Shown: positions 40,444-53,774 of the stretch, one piece after another
Layout: every line of letters begins with the position of its first letter
Numbering within the stretch: the stretch's first letter is position 1
DNA from: Octopus sinensis
Taxonomy: Eukaryota
DNA length: 64,000 nt
NCBI RefSeq assembly: GCF_006345805.1
Contig: NC_043021.1
Location: 22,320,001 to 22,384,000 of the forward strand
Reading direction: 5' to 3'
Program-made: the position numbers and the translations under genes
The notes under the pieces: model-generated
What the model saw: the letters and a program-made list of their open reading frames with translations, nothing else
Databases searched by the model: none
What the model was told of the DNA's origin: nothing

Positions 40444-40494
40444 AGCTTCTACAGGACTAGAACTGTTTCATTCAAGAGAAATCTTCAGGAAGCT
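40444..40494 (-). ncRNA. Type I hammerhead ribozyme at the left terminus
   Basis: Minus strand: AGCTTC-CTGAAGA-tttc tctt gaat-GAA-ACAG ttctagtc CTGT-A-GAAGCT. It has a 6-bp stem I, a 4-bp stem III and a GUA triplet. Confidence 0.8.
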
Positions 40495-40757
40495 AGTTAA
40501 CAAGAATTGTATTGGCATTTATACATTTAGGCAGGTTTAAAAGGGGTGTTGGTGGGGGACTTTTTGGGGGTAGCATAGCGCAAAAAATCATACTTGGGGG
40601 AGTGTCAAGGAGTCAGTGTTAAAATTAGATAGGAGAATATAAAAAAAAAAATAAAAAATAAAAAATAAAATAAAAAATAAAAAATAAAAAATAAAAATAA
40701 AAAAATAAAAAAAATATATAAAAAAATAAAAATAAAAATAAAAAAAATATAAAAATA

Positions 40758-40798
<41 letters not shown>

Positions 40799-41644
40799 GG
40801 GGAATAGAGTTTTAGGTAAATGAGGAGATTCTCACTTATACCTCTACACATACACACATATATACACTCACACATACATATACATATCTACACATAAACA
40901 TATATATTATACATACACACACTCACTTGCATACACGTATACACACATGTATATATACACACACGACCACCATACATATACACACAGAAAAATATATATA
41001 TACACACATACACACACATACTCACATACACGCATACACACACAAATCCATACACACACATGCACACACACAGCACACTAGTCCCTATATACACATATAT
41101 ACACATACACACATATATTCACCCACACATACACATATATACACATATATATACATACATACACATACATATACACATATATATACACATACACACATAT
41201 ATATATATATATACACATATATATACATATGTGTACCCATGCATACCTACACATACACACATATATATATATACATATACAAATACAGACCCATTCCCTA
41301 TTTTTATTTTATTATCTTCGTTTATACTTTTGTTATCTTGGCCGCTTGGTCACAAACATCTTGGCTATGACAGCAGACCATTTATCCGTCTACTGGAAAA
41401 CAATTACTCATTCACTCACGCCACTCTTTAGCACGTACACTCACTCATTCGTACACTCATACGCATACACGCACGCACGCGTTTATTTCATACATACATA
41501 CATCTACATACATTCACGTATATACGCATACGTACGCGTACCTACAGATTCATGTCTACACTCTTAGAAGGCTAGTCTATACATATACACCAATAATATA
41601 AATACACACACATACATGTACACCTACATACAAATACATACATG

Positions 41645-41682
<38 letters not shown>

Positions 41683-41812
41683 AATATATATATATATGAT
41701 ATAACGCGTACCTACAGATTCCTGTCTACACTCTTAGAAGGCTAGTCTATACATATACACCAATAAATATAAATACACAAACCTACATGTACACCTACAT
41801 ACAATACATACA

Positions 41813-41848
<36 letters not shown>

Positions 41849-42267
41849 CGTACCTACAGATTCCTGTCACACTCTTAGAAGGCTAGTCTATACATATACA
41901 CCAATAAATAAATAACACACATACATGTACACCTACATACAAATACATACATGTACATATATATACATATATATATATATATATATTATTATATATATAT
42001 AATACATATATATATTCTACTAACATGCATACTCAAAAAATAAGTAAATAGTAAATATATATACACGCAGTTATTCATACATGCATACTCAAAGAAAATA
42101 TTAAGTATATGTACGTGCAGTTACCTATTATATAGACGGATACATACATATATACTTACTACACGCATATATATATATATTATACATATATATATACATA
42201 TATACACACATATATATATAAATATAAATATATACATACACACATACACCTACATATACACATTCAC

Positions 42268-42326
<59 letters not shown>

Positions 42327-42974
42327 ACACACAATACTACATATATACACACACATATATATAAATATAATATATAACATACACACATACACCTACATAT
42401 ACACATACACACATACATACCTATATCTCTATATATATATAATATATATATACCCACACACACACATACACATACATAATACATACACATACATACATAT
42501 ATACCATACTTACACATGTACATATAAAACACACATAGATAACTCTACGTACCTACACATACATAAACACACGAGCGTACGCGCATATGTACATATACAT
42601 ATACCCATGCACACGCATATATATACATACATACATACACACCACACATGTATAACACACACTCACATACACATATATATACATACACATATACATACAC
42701 ATACATATATATATATGTATGTATACATATATATATTATATATATATATATATCACACACATATACATACACACACACATCACACACATATATACACATG
42801 TGTGCAAACATACATACATTCTCATACAAGCACCCACACTTACATTTACATATATACACACACTTACACACATATATATACATACACACATACATATTCA
42901 CATACATATGCATACACACAAATATACATATACATACATACATCTATCTATATACACACACACACACACACACG

Positions 42975-43020
<46 letters not shown>

Positions 43021-43139
43021 TATTTTTTTACATACATACACGCACACACACACATAATACATGCGTATAATCCTACTATACCCTACATTTCTATACATAT
43101 ATACGATACATATCTACAAGCGTGCACATACAATATGTG

Positions 43140-44619
43140 AAAGGTCTTAGGAGAAAAGGTAATCGGGGGTGCTAGGGAACGGTGGGATTGGGGGGTTTTG
43201 TGGGTGGGGTGTCATCAATCTGGTTGCCGGGTAGGTCTATAGTTCTTGTAGTTCGCATACTTCATATGCATACAATTTGGGGAGTGTTCTGAGATTTTGT
43301 TAAGGAGAGGGCCTTTGGCGAACAAGATCTCTAGGCTCTCCGATATGCAGAGGTCACAGCAGGTATGGCCTCCTGTGTATGAGCGCGCCTTCTGTAGTAG
43401 TTTCCACTTGGTCTTGAGGGGATGGAATTCCTTTTAAGGTACCAGATGTGGGCGGCGAGGGTAGTTTGGTTGGATTTATCCTGTCGCCGGAACGAGTTGT
43501 GTGTGTGCGTACCAACGGGTCTTAAAGCTGTTTGACGTCATTCCTATGTAGGATTTTCTTTTATCGTCAGGGCCTGATCTTACCTCGCATGTATATACTA
43601 GGTCCCTCTGTAGGCAGTTGTTGTTGAGGGGGCAGGTAGTTTTATCAGGGCAGTTTGCAATTGCTATCGGACGTTGGATGGGCCTCGGAAAAGTAGGTAT
43701 GTTTAGTTTTTTCACATTGTTGTTGGCTAGGTTCCTGGCTATTTGGGCGTGGTAGAGTAGGAGAGTCTAATAGTGTTCTTATTTAGGATAGTGTAGTACT
43801 TATGTTGGGTGGGAAGTGTTTATGTAGGAGAGTGAAGAAGATTTTAGCTACAGGTGTAGCGACCTCACGGTTGAAGGGGGGGTTGTACCAGCTAATGTGT
43901 CTTCGTCTATTTTTCCTAGGTTGGCGTGGGCTATACTGGTATAGGTAATCTTATCTTTGAAGCCACTGCGGGCCAGGGCCTCGTTTGTAATAGGGGGCTG
44001 CGGCCTTAAAGATATCTTCCGTGGCGGACAGGCTAGAAATTCTAATTGAGACACTTTTTACTAGGTTATCTAATATATTTTTGGGGTGGTTGGAATTATA
44101 TCTATATATTTAAGGGATTCATTCGGTTTGTGGTACGGGTAATAAAGTGAGGTTTTTAAGTCGAGGGTGACATCAAGGAAGTTAGCTTTAGTTAAGTTGG
44201 ATTCTAAGGTAATCCTAAGGCCTAATTTTTTAAAGAAGGTGTAAAGATTTTTCCGGAACCCATCCGTGGTCCTGGGGTTTACTTTGTGGAGGGCGAAAAG
44301 GCCGTCATCGCGGTAAAGACCACCGGAGAGGCCTGTGAATAGGGTTTTCAGCCTATGGAGGATGAAAAGGCCCACTAGGTCACTTATTCAGCAGAGTCGT
44401 TAGCACCCATGCTGACGTCGAAGGGGGTCACACAGATTTTTTGTTGATCCAGTGGGATCCGTCATAGAAAAGAAAAGTCTTACGTGCGTGGAGTATCACA
44501 TCTTGCTCGACCTCGGTGATGGTGGAAGACCTCCTGGCGAAGTTAATCGCGTCGATCAGCAAGCTCTCCGATATGGAGGCGTAGTAATCCTCGATATCCA
44601 GTTGTAGGAATCGGGTGTT
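43140..44619 (-). pseudogene. PLE RT + GIY-YIG ORF, 5'-truncated, frameshifted (left arm)
   Basis: ORF pieces NTRFLQLDIEDYYASISESLL, GGLYRDDGLF...NFLDVTLDL, and CPLNNNCLQRDLVYTCEV...KSYIGMTSNSFKTRWYAH. Confidence 0.92.
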
Positions 44620-46300
44620 CCCCACACTTCACCCTGAAGGACCACAAAGACCATTTCGAAAATAAATCGTCGGTCCGTTTGATTAACCCAACCAAGTCTG
44701 ACATCGGATCCGTCAGCAAGAAGATCCTGGACAGGATTTTACCAAAAATGCGTGAAGCTTCACCCCTTCCACTCTGGAATAGGACCTCCGAGGCAATAAC
44801 CTGTTTCCAGGATTTACCTGAAAAAGCAACACCCGATTCCTACAACTGGATATCGAGGATTACTACGCCTCCATATCGGAGAGCTTGCTGATCGACGCGA
44901 TTAACTTCGCCAGGAGGTCTTCCACCATCACCGAGGTCGAGCAAGATGTGATACTCCACGCACGTAAGACTTTTCTTTATGACGGATCCCACTGGATCAA
45001 CAAAAATCTGTGACCCCCTTCGACGTCAGCAGGGTGCTAACGACTCTGCTGAAATAAGTGACCTAGTGGGCCTTTTCATCCTCCATAGGCTGAAAACCCT
45101 ATTCACAGGCCTCTCCGGTGTCTTTACCGCGATGATGGCCTTTTCGCCCTCCACAAAGTAAACCCCAGGACCACGGATGGGTTCCGGAAAAATCTTTACA
45201 CCTTCTTTAAAAACTTAGGCCTTAGGATTACCTTAGAATCCAACTTAACTAAGCTAACTTCCTTGATGTCACCACTCGACTTAAAAACCTCACTTTATTA
45301 CCCGTACCACAAACCGAATGAATCCCTTAAATATATAGATATTAATTCCAACCACCCCAAAAATATATTAGATAACCTATAAAAAGTGTCTCAATTAGAA
45401 TTTCTAGCCTGTCCGCCACGGAAGATATCTTTAAGGCCGCAGCCCCCTATTACAACGAGGCCCTGGCCCGCAGTGGCTTCAAAGATAAGATTCCTATACC
45501 AGTATAGCCCCACGCCAACCTAGGAAAAATAGACGAAAGCACACTTAGCTGGTACAACCCCCCCTTCAACCGTGAGGTCGCTACACCTGTAGCTAAAATC
45601 TTCTTCACTCTCTCCTACATAAACACTTCCCCCCAACATAAGTACTACACTATCCTAAATAAGAACACTATTAGACTCTCCTACTCTACCACGCCCAATC
45701 TAGCCAGGAACCTAGCCAACACCATGTGAAAAAACTTAACATACCTACTTTTTCCGAGGCCCATCCAACGTCCGATAGCAATTGCAACTGCCCTGATAAA
45801 ACTACCTGCCCCCTCAACACAACTGCCTACAGAGGGATCTAGTATATACATGCGAGGTAAGATCAGGCCCTGACGATAAAAGAAAATCCTACATAGGAAT
45901 GACGTCAAACAGCTTTAAGACCCGTTGGTACGCACACACACACACTCGTTCCGGCGACAGGATAAATCCAACCAAACTACCCTCGCCGCCCACATCTGGT
46001 ACCTTAAAAGGAATTCCATCCCCTTCAAGACCAAGTGGAAACTCTACAGAAGGCGCGCTCATACACAGGAGGCCATACCTGCTGTGACCTCTGCATATCG
46101 GAGAGCCTAGAGATCTTGTTCGCAAAGGCCCCTCTCCTTAACAAAATCTCAGAACACTCCCCAAATTGTATGCATATGAAGTATGCGAACTACAAGACTA
46201 TAGACCTACCCGGCAACCAGATTGATGACACCCCACCCACAAAACCCCCCCATCCCACCGTTCCCCTAGCACCCCCGATTACCTTTTCTCCTAAGACCTT
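44620..46300 (+). pseudogene. PLE RT + GIY-YIG ORF, 5'-truncated, frameshifted (spacer plus right arm)
   Basis: FTLKDHKDHFENKSSVRLINPTKSDIG...LQLDIEDYY...YRDD...WYNPPFN...VY...YIG...CDLCISE...LLNK: RT motifs followed by a C-terminal GIY-YIG endonuclease. Confidence 0.92.
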
Positions 46301-46447
46301 TCCCATATTGTATGTGCACGCTTGTAGATATGTATCGTATATATGTATAGAAATGTATGGGTATAGTAGGATTATACGCATGTATATGTGTGTGTGTGCG
46401 TTGTATGTATGTAAAAAATATATATATGTGTATATATATATATATAT

Positions 46448-46480
<33 letters not shown>

Positions 46481-46702
46481 GTGTGTGTGTGTTGATATAT
46501 GTATAGATGTATGTATGTATATATGTATATTTGTGTGTATGCATATGTATGTGAATATGTATGTGTGTATGTATATATATGTGTGTAAGTGTGTGTATAT
46601 ATGTAAATGTAATGTGTGTGCTTGTATGAGAATGTATGTATGTTTGCACACATGTGTATATATATGTGTGTGTATGTGTGTGTGGTGTATATGTGTGTGT
46701 AA

Positions 46703-46746
<44 letters not shown>

Positions 46747-47000
46747 ACATATATATAAATATATGTATGTGTATGTATATGTGTATGTATATATATGTGT
46801 AGTGAGTGTGTGTGTATACATGTGTGTATGTGTATGTATGTATGTAATATATGCGTGTGCATGGGTATATGTATATGTACATATGCGCGTACGCTCGTGT
46901 GTTTTTGTATGTGTAGGTACGTAGAGTTATCTATGTGGTATTTATATGTACATGTGTAAGTATGTATATATATGTGTATGTGTATGTATATGTATGTGTA

Positions 47001-47045
<45 letters not shown>

Positions 47046-47137
47046 TATATGTATGTATGTGTGTATGTGTATATGTAGGGTATGTGTTGTATTATAATAT
47101 TATATTTATTATATGTGTGTGTATATATTTATATATG

Positions 47138-47185
<48 letters not shown>

Positions 47186-47261
47186 GTGTATGTGTATATG
47201 TAGGTGTATGTTTGTATGTATATATTTATATTTATATATAATGTGTGTATATATGTATATA

Positions 47262-47299
<38 letters not shown>

Positions 47300-48796
47300 T
47301 GTAAGTTTATTATATGTATGTATCCGTCTATATAATAGGTACTGCACGTACATATCTTAATATTTATTTTTTTGAGTATGCATGTATGAATAACTGCGTG
47401 TATATATATTTACTAAATTTTTTTTTTTAACTTATTTTTTTGAGTATGCATGTTAGTATGACTATATATATGTATAATATATATATATATTATATATATA
47501 TATATGTATATATTGTACATGTATGTATTTGTATGTAGGTGTACATATATGTGTGTGTATTTATATTTATTGGTGTATATGTATAGACTAGCCTTCTAAG
47601 AGTGTAGACAGGATCTGTAGTACGCGTATATATAATATTATATAATATATATATCTATATATATATATATTTATATATATATATGTACATGTATGTATTT
47701 GTATGTAGGTGTACATGTATGTGTGTGTATTTATATTTATTGGTGTATATGTATAGACTAGCCTTCTAAGAGTGTAGACATGAATCTGTAGGTACGCGTA
47801 CGTATGCGTATATACGTGAATGTATTAGATGTATGTATGTATGAATATAACGCGTGCGTGCGTGTATGCGTATGAGTGTACGAATGAGTGAGTGTACGTG
47901 CTAAAGAGTGTGCGCGGTGATGAGTAATTGTTTTCCAGTAGACGGATAAATGGTCTGGCTGTCATAGCCAAGACGTTTGTGACCAAGCGCCAAAGATAAC
48001 AAAAGTAATAAACGAAGATAATAAAATTAAAATTAGGGAATGGTTCTGTATTTGTATATGTATATATATATATGTGTGTATGTGTAGGTATGCATGGGTA
48101 CACATATGTATATATATGTGTATATATATATATATATATGTGTATGTGTATATATATGTGTATATGTATGTGTATGTATGTATATATAGTGTATGTATGT
48201 GTAGGTGTGGGTGTATATATATGTGGTATGTGTATTAGTGTATATAGGACTAGTGTGCTGTGTGTGCATGTGTGTGTATGGATTTGTGTGTGTATGCGTG
48301 TATGTGAGTATGTGTGTGTATGTGTATATATATTTTTTTCTGTGTGTATATGTATGTGTGGTCGTGTGTGTTATATACCATGTGTGTATACGTGTATGCA
48401 AGTGAGTGTGTGTATGTATACATATATATGTGTATGATGTGAATATGTATAGTATGTGTGAGTGTATATATGTGTGTATGTGTAAGAGGTATAAGTGAGA
48501 ATCTCCTCATTTACCTAAACTCTATTCCCCCCTTTATATATATATATCTAATATATATATATATTTTTTTTTATTTTTTTATATATTTTTTTTTTTATTT
48601 TTTATTTTTTATTTTTTACTTTTTATTTTTTATTTTTTTTTTTTATTTTTTATTTATTCTCCTATCTAATTTAACACTGACTCCTTGACCACTCCCCAAG
48701 TATGATTTTTTGCGCTATGCCTACCCCCAAAAAGTCCCCACCAACACCCCTTTAAACCTGCCTAAATGTATAAATGCCAATACAATTCTTGTAACT

Positions 48797-48846
48797 AGCT
48801 TCTGAAGATTTCTCTTGAATGAAACAGTTCTAGTCCTGTAGAAGCT
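48797..48846 (+). ncRNA. Type I hammerhead ribozyme at the right terminus (one C missing in stem I)
   Basis: agctt-CTGAAGA-tttctcttgaat-GAAACAGttctagtcCTGT-A-gaagct, identical to the left copy except for CC reduced to C. Confidence 0.72.
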
Positions 48847-49339
48847 CCTTCTATATAATAAATAATATATATATATATATATATATCTATTTCAACGTGG
48901 ATGCTTATCAAAACGTTAATCAATGTAACATCTGGCCTGGGTTTTAGTCTTTTGTTAGCTGAAATATCCCATTAGTAACAGCAAGTTGCTAATTGAAATG
49001 GATGTTCTTGGCCTTTGACAGTTTGTTGTCTGGTTATCTGCTTAGCATTTAGGTATATTCGCCACTGACTCAATGAGTTCAACTGCCAAAATAGTTCACA
49101 CGCATCATGACGGATTCTGTAATTTCAATGCATACTTCATCGGGTACTTATAGGCTATCTAAACAATGGCTGGAGACCTGATAGGTGATACTATTCCAGC
49201 AGAGAGTCGGCCTGCGAACAGTAGTAGTTAAGATGGGGTTACACACAACTCAGAATGACTGAACCTTGAAGTAAGCTCCCAATACTGGAGGCAATTTAAA
49301 GTTATACCCAGGACCCGTATCAACGGTAACAAACTGTGA

Positions 49340-49530
49340 CACAAGGCCAGCAATTTCAGGGGAGGGGAATGGTAAGTAGATTACATGGACCTCAGTGTTC
49401 AACTGGTGCTTATCAACTCCAAACAGATGACAGTCGACCTAGGTGGAATTTGAACTCAGAACGTAAAGGCTGACGATATGCCGCTAAGTATTTTGTCTGG
49501 CGTGATAACGACTCCGTCACCTCCGTAACA
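49340..49530 (-). mobile_element. Degenerate SINE family C-like copy
   Basis: gattacatggacctcagtgttcaactggtgc...gtcgacctaggtggaatttgaactcagaacgtaa...cgtgataacg. Confidence 0.55.
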
Positions 49531-50875
49531 ATAATACTTGTTAGAACTATAGAAACTAAAAGAGGGAAGGCTGAGGAGTAAGAAAGGAAGTGGCTTATTA
49601 GTTGGGATTGTACAGGAAAATATTTAATAAACAGAAATATCCCAGTGAGTGAAATAATTTTATATAATGCAGGGTAAACATGTACACGATAATGAAGTAT
49701 TGTTTGTATCTTTTAAGATTACAGCTGTATGATATGAAAGAGGATTAACTCGCTATTTCTAACATGTCTATTGACGATGTGCACGCTACTTTGCTGTCTC
49801 CTTCAGAATGTATGTCATCTCGACTACTTTTAAAACTAGAACGAGGGAGTAGGTTATTAGTAGCTCCGGTTGTATGGAAAAACAGTGAAATTTCTCTCAC
49901 AGAATACACAGCCATCCATAATTAGGATACCTTAAATAATGGGACGCTGGAATCAAAACGGCTTGAATATAACTGGACTACAATAGAAGCAATAGCAACA
50001 TCAACAACGAAACAATCAAGGAAAGGTTATGTGGTCGAGTGAATGGATAGACTCATCAGTCAACTTGACCTAAGTCCCATGCTACCGTTTTAAAACGATG
50101 CCCTTGTCGAGGATCAACTTACAATATGCAACAATATCAACCACAATATCTACATTAATACGACTCAAAACGTGAGATTCTACATGATCGCTAAACTTGC
50201 CAGAAAGAGCAGCCAAATTCCCCTGAAATAACATACAATATTCAAAACAAAGCTTCTGGATTCTATAGACGTGAGTTCCATAAGAGAGTGATCACGGGTG
50301 GAATGACTTTGATCCTGAGCATCCATAAGTAAAGCCGACCCTTCATTTAAATATCTATAAAAACATGAAATGTGATGATTTAAATTGCTAAACATGGCTG
50401 CCATTCAAATTCGCTTCCCTTTCTAGGTGGATGTCCTTGCAGAGTTTCCGTGCCAATAACATGGATCTTAAGCTTCATTTTGCTTCCGATTTTAAGAAAG
50501 GGTTGTTCATTATTTCAACGCGAGTACTACTTAAAAGGCCTCCCGCAGGTAAATCCAGGTTCAACGTACACATCAATTGTTATAAGTGACAGCTTTCAAA
50601 AATTCATATTGGTGAAGAAAGACGCTAAATGAAGAGAAGTTTAATACTGAACTGTGTTATTCATAATATTACTTAATATTTCCTTACAAAAAATAAGAGT
50701 AACTATATAATTTATCTGGAACGCATCAGGAAATTAAAGATATTAAGAACCGTTATATTAAGACTGGGTTTAAATTCTACCGAAATATAATTTCCTTTAC
50801 ATACATACACAACATCCAATGCTTATATACGTGAATACACACAAACACACACATATATGTGTGTGTCTGTCTGTC

Positions 50876-50921
<46 letters not shown>

Positions 50922-52069
50922 TACATACATACATTCATACATTCATACATACATACATACGTATGTATTATCGATATTGCACACTTGATGTATGTAAAAC
51001 GTTGCAAAGCTGCATTATTTCGTTTCGCCTGCCTTGGAGGAATACAATAAGATTTTAAATTATATGTCTTCCTTAAAAGAAGCACCACAGATCTGTAGCG
51101 TATAACACATACACGCCCCCACACACACACACACTCACACACACATACACATACACACACATACACACATATAGATACATATATAAATATGTGTGTGTGT
51201 GTCTATGTGTAGGAGTTATTTGTTATTGACAATGCTTACACTACTAACTGCTCTGTCACACAGTTTCGAATATATAATATATATATATATTAGATATATA
51301 TATATATATTATATATATATATATATATATATTGTACAGAGAGAGGAGAGAGAAAGAGAGGTGGAGTAATGTTCGGGGCTAATTTACTTTCATGATTTAA
51401 GGTATGTTAAGAAAATATCCAAAAAGAATCAAAATATATTGCGACTAGATTATGGATGGAAGGGAATAGTTTACTCAAAAGAGCCGCCTTCATGTTCCAA
51501 GACTCAAGACTGCTCCAACATTTTGAGCATTCTTTACACATTGTGACCGACAGAAGATCGTTGAAAACTCCCTTACTATGATTTGGTTTTGTGAGCAGAG
51601 CCGTTGGTACGTTTTTACATTGGCGCCCCACACATAATATTCCATGGAATTAAAACAGGAAAATTAAGGAATCTGAAATTACAGCTCGTGAAGTTCTATG
51701 ATTTCCTGGACAACCATCCGTAGCGGAGATATGGGAAGGAATCAAAACCTATTGTCTTCCAGTTGCCACCCTCTCGAATCAGGCTTCGACCTCAGTCTCC
51801 AGCACCATCACTAGCCCGCGGAACTGAGCTCAATATCCGGTTTAAAGATGTAAAACCTCGTGTATTTGGCCCAGTGTTATAATATCCAATATTTTTAGAA
51901 GCGCTGCTGGCTCAAGTCACACGAGTATAGCTCACCTCTTTTTTAATTAATCCCAAATTACTATGATGGCAATGCTTACGCGCGATATTTTATCATCTTA
52001 GAGATGTCTCGTTCGGAAAACAAGAGGAAAAAATACATTTTTACAAAGTTAACATTTTCTGACATTAAC

Positions 52070-52112
<43 letters not shown>

Positions 52113-52149
52113 ATAAAGAAATTCAGATACGTGTAGAAATCGATGAATT

Positions 52150-52830
52150 ACGCTATAACATTTCAACAGAGACATGTGACTTTGGTCTTGAGAAATGTGT
52201 GCGGGACACATCCCGATCGAGCTAAGGACCTGATCATTTACTGTTATCAGAAAGGATCCACTTTTCGTCACACGTGACTACTAAGGTCAATAAAAGGATT
52301 AATGGTGTTTCACAGAAAGATCCTCGAGCACACCTGAAAACACCAAACATTTTGATTTTCATTGAGCTCCTGCGGTACCCAATTATCAAGCTTTTTCACC
52401 TTACCAATCTTGAGACCGCTGCAATAGCGACACCAAATATGTGAGACATTTCTCTGATACTTTCACGTCGGTTTTGTGCAACAATTGGTTTCGATTGTTC
52501 ATTGCCATGACTGCATGACCTATTTCTTTATTACCCACAAGGGGCTAAACACACAGGGGACAAACAAGGACAGACAAACGAATTAAGTCGATTACATCGA
52601 CCCCAGTGCGTAACTGGTACTTAAGTTATCGACCCCGAAAGGATGAAAGGCAAAGTCGACCCCGGCGGAATTCGAACTCACAACGTAACGCAGACGAAAT
52701 ACCGCTAAGCATTTCGCCCGGCGTGCTAACGTTTCTGCCAGCTCGCCGCCTTAAGGAGTGCATGACCGTCCTCTACACTCTTCATCTTCAAGGCGCTCAT
52801 CACCAGTGCGATAATAATTTGAGAGTATCA
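52150..52830 (-). pseudogene. Decayed mariner transposase fragment interrupted by a SINE
   Basis: Manual translation: RTGDERLEDEECRGRSC [SINE] ...GKVKKLDNWVPQELNENQ (WVPHEL motif, 52364-52381)...VTCDEKWIL (first catalytic D region, 52258-52275). Confidence 0.85.
52521..52758 (-). mobile_element. SINE family C inserted into the mariner, with a 9-bp TSD
   Basis: tgcatgacc at 52512-52520 and 52759-52767 flanks a full reverse-complement copy. Confidence 0.9.
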
Positions 52831-53721
52831 GATGATGATGATGATATGCATATTTTCCCATCATATTCAACATAGCGTATATCAGTAACCATAGTCACAC
52901 ATGACCAGAAAAGATATGCAGAATTTTCTTGAATATACAGTGAGCTGCCCTCGTGTAAAATTTCAACAACTGAAAATTATTTGCCTACACTCTATGTTGG
53001 CGTATATTCCGATATTGCTATTCTATTTTCGTACAGAGTATGTCCCTGTAAAAATTTTCCTCTTCCATAATTCAAGATATCTTTGTTGCCAAACTGTAAA
53101 CTTGATTTGCTTATTCAGTTTAAAATATACAACTTGATCTCATACGGTATATCTTTTCCTGAAATCAAATGTAATCAATTGAAATATATATATATATATA
53201 TAATATATATATTATATATATATATAGATATAATATATATAGATATATTATATATATATAATATATATATTACATTAATGTTGTTATATATTCTTTTTAT
53301 CTTTAATAAAATATCACATATATATATATAACGTTTCATTTTACGTTTAATATCATACGTTCGCTTCAAATTACAATCAATTCCAATTATCTACATATTT
53401 TATCCGTATTTCTTTTATCGTAAAAGAAAATACAATTTTTTTCTATCATTCATACTTATTCTTTACCTAGTAGTTTTTTTTCTTGAAATTATATAATCAT
53501 TAGAAGTATGTACATCAAGTAAGCAATATAATTTTTTTTATTTGTTTCATTCAGCTGAGTGAAAGTTATCTATATATATATAATATATCTATATATATAT
53601 ATATATATATAATCTATATATATGTATATATATATATATATACATATGTATATACATATAATATATACACATATATATACACACATACATATATATACAT
53701 ACCTATATTTATCTTTCTCTC

Positions 53722-53774
<53 letters not shown>

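Larger units (their letters stand above)
40358..48865. mobile_element. ~8.5 kb fold-back Penelope-like element: two outward-facing arms (40427-44619 minus; 44828-48863 plus) around a 208-bp spacer, inserted in (TA)n
   Basis: Landmarks match as reverse complements along the whole length (ORF, cccattccc...cactcattcg block, ggggaatagag...cacttatacc block, terminal ...gaagctccttctatataataaat). The left end has an extra ~70-bp tail (40358-40426). Confidence 0.9.

Noticed and set aside
42128-43140. Long H/T/Y/I or V/C/M/Y ORFs throughout the window
   Set aside because: Translations of (CA)n, (TG)n and (TA)n.
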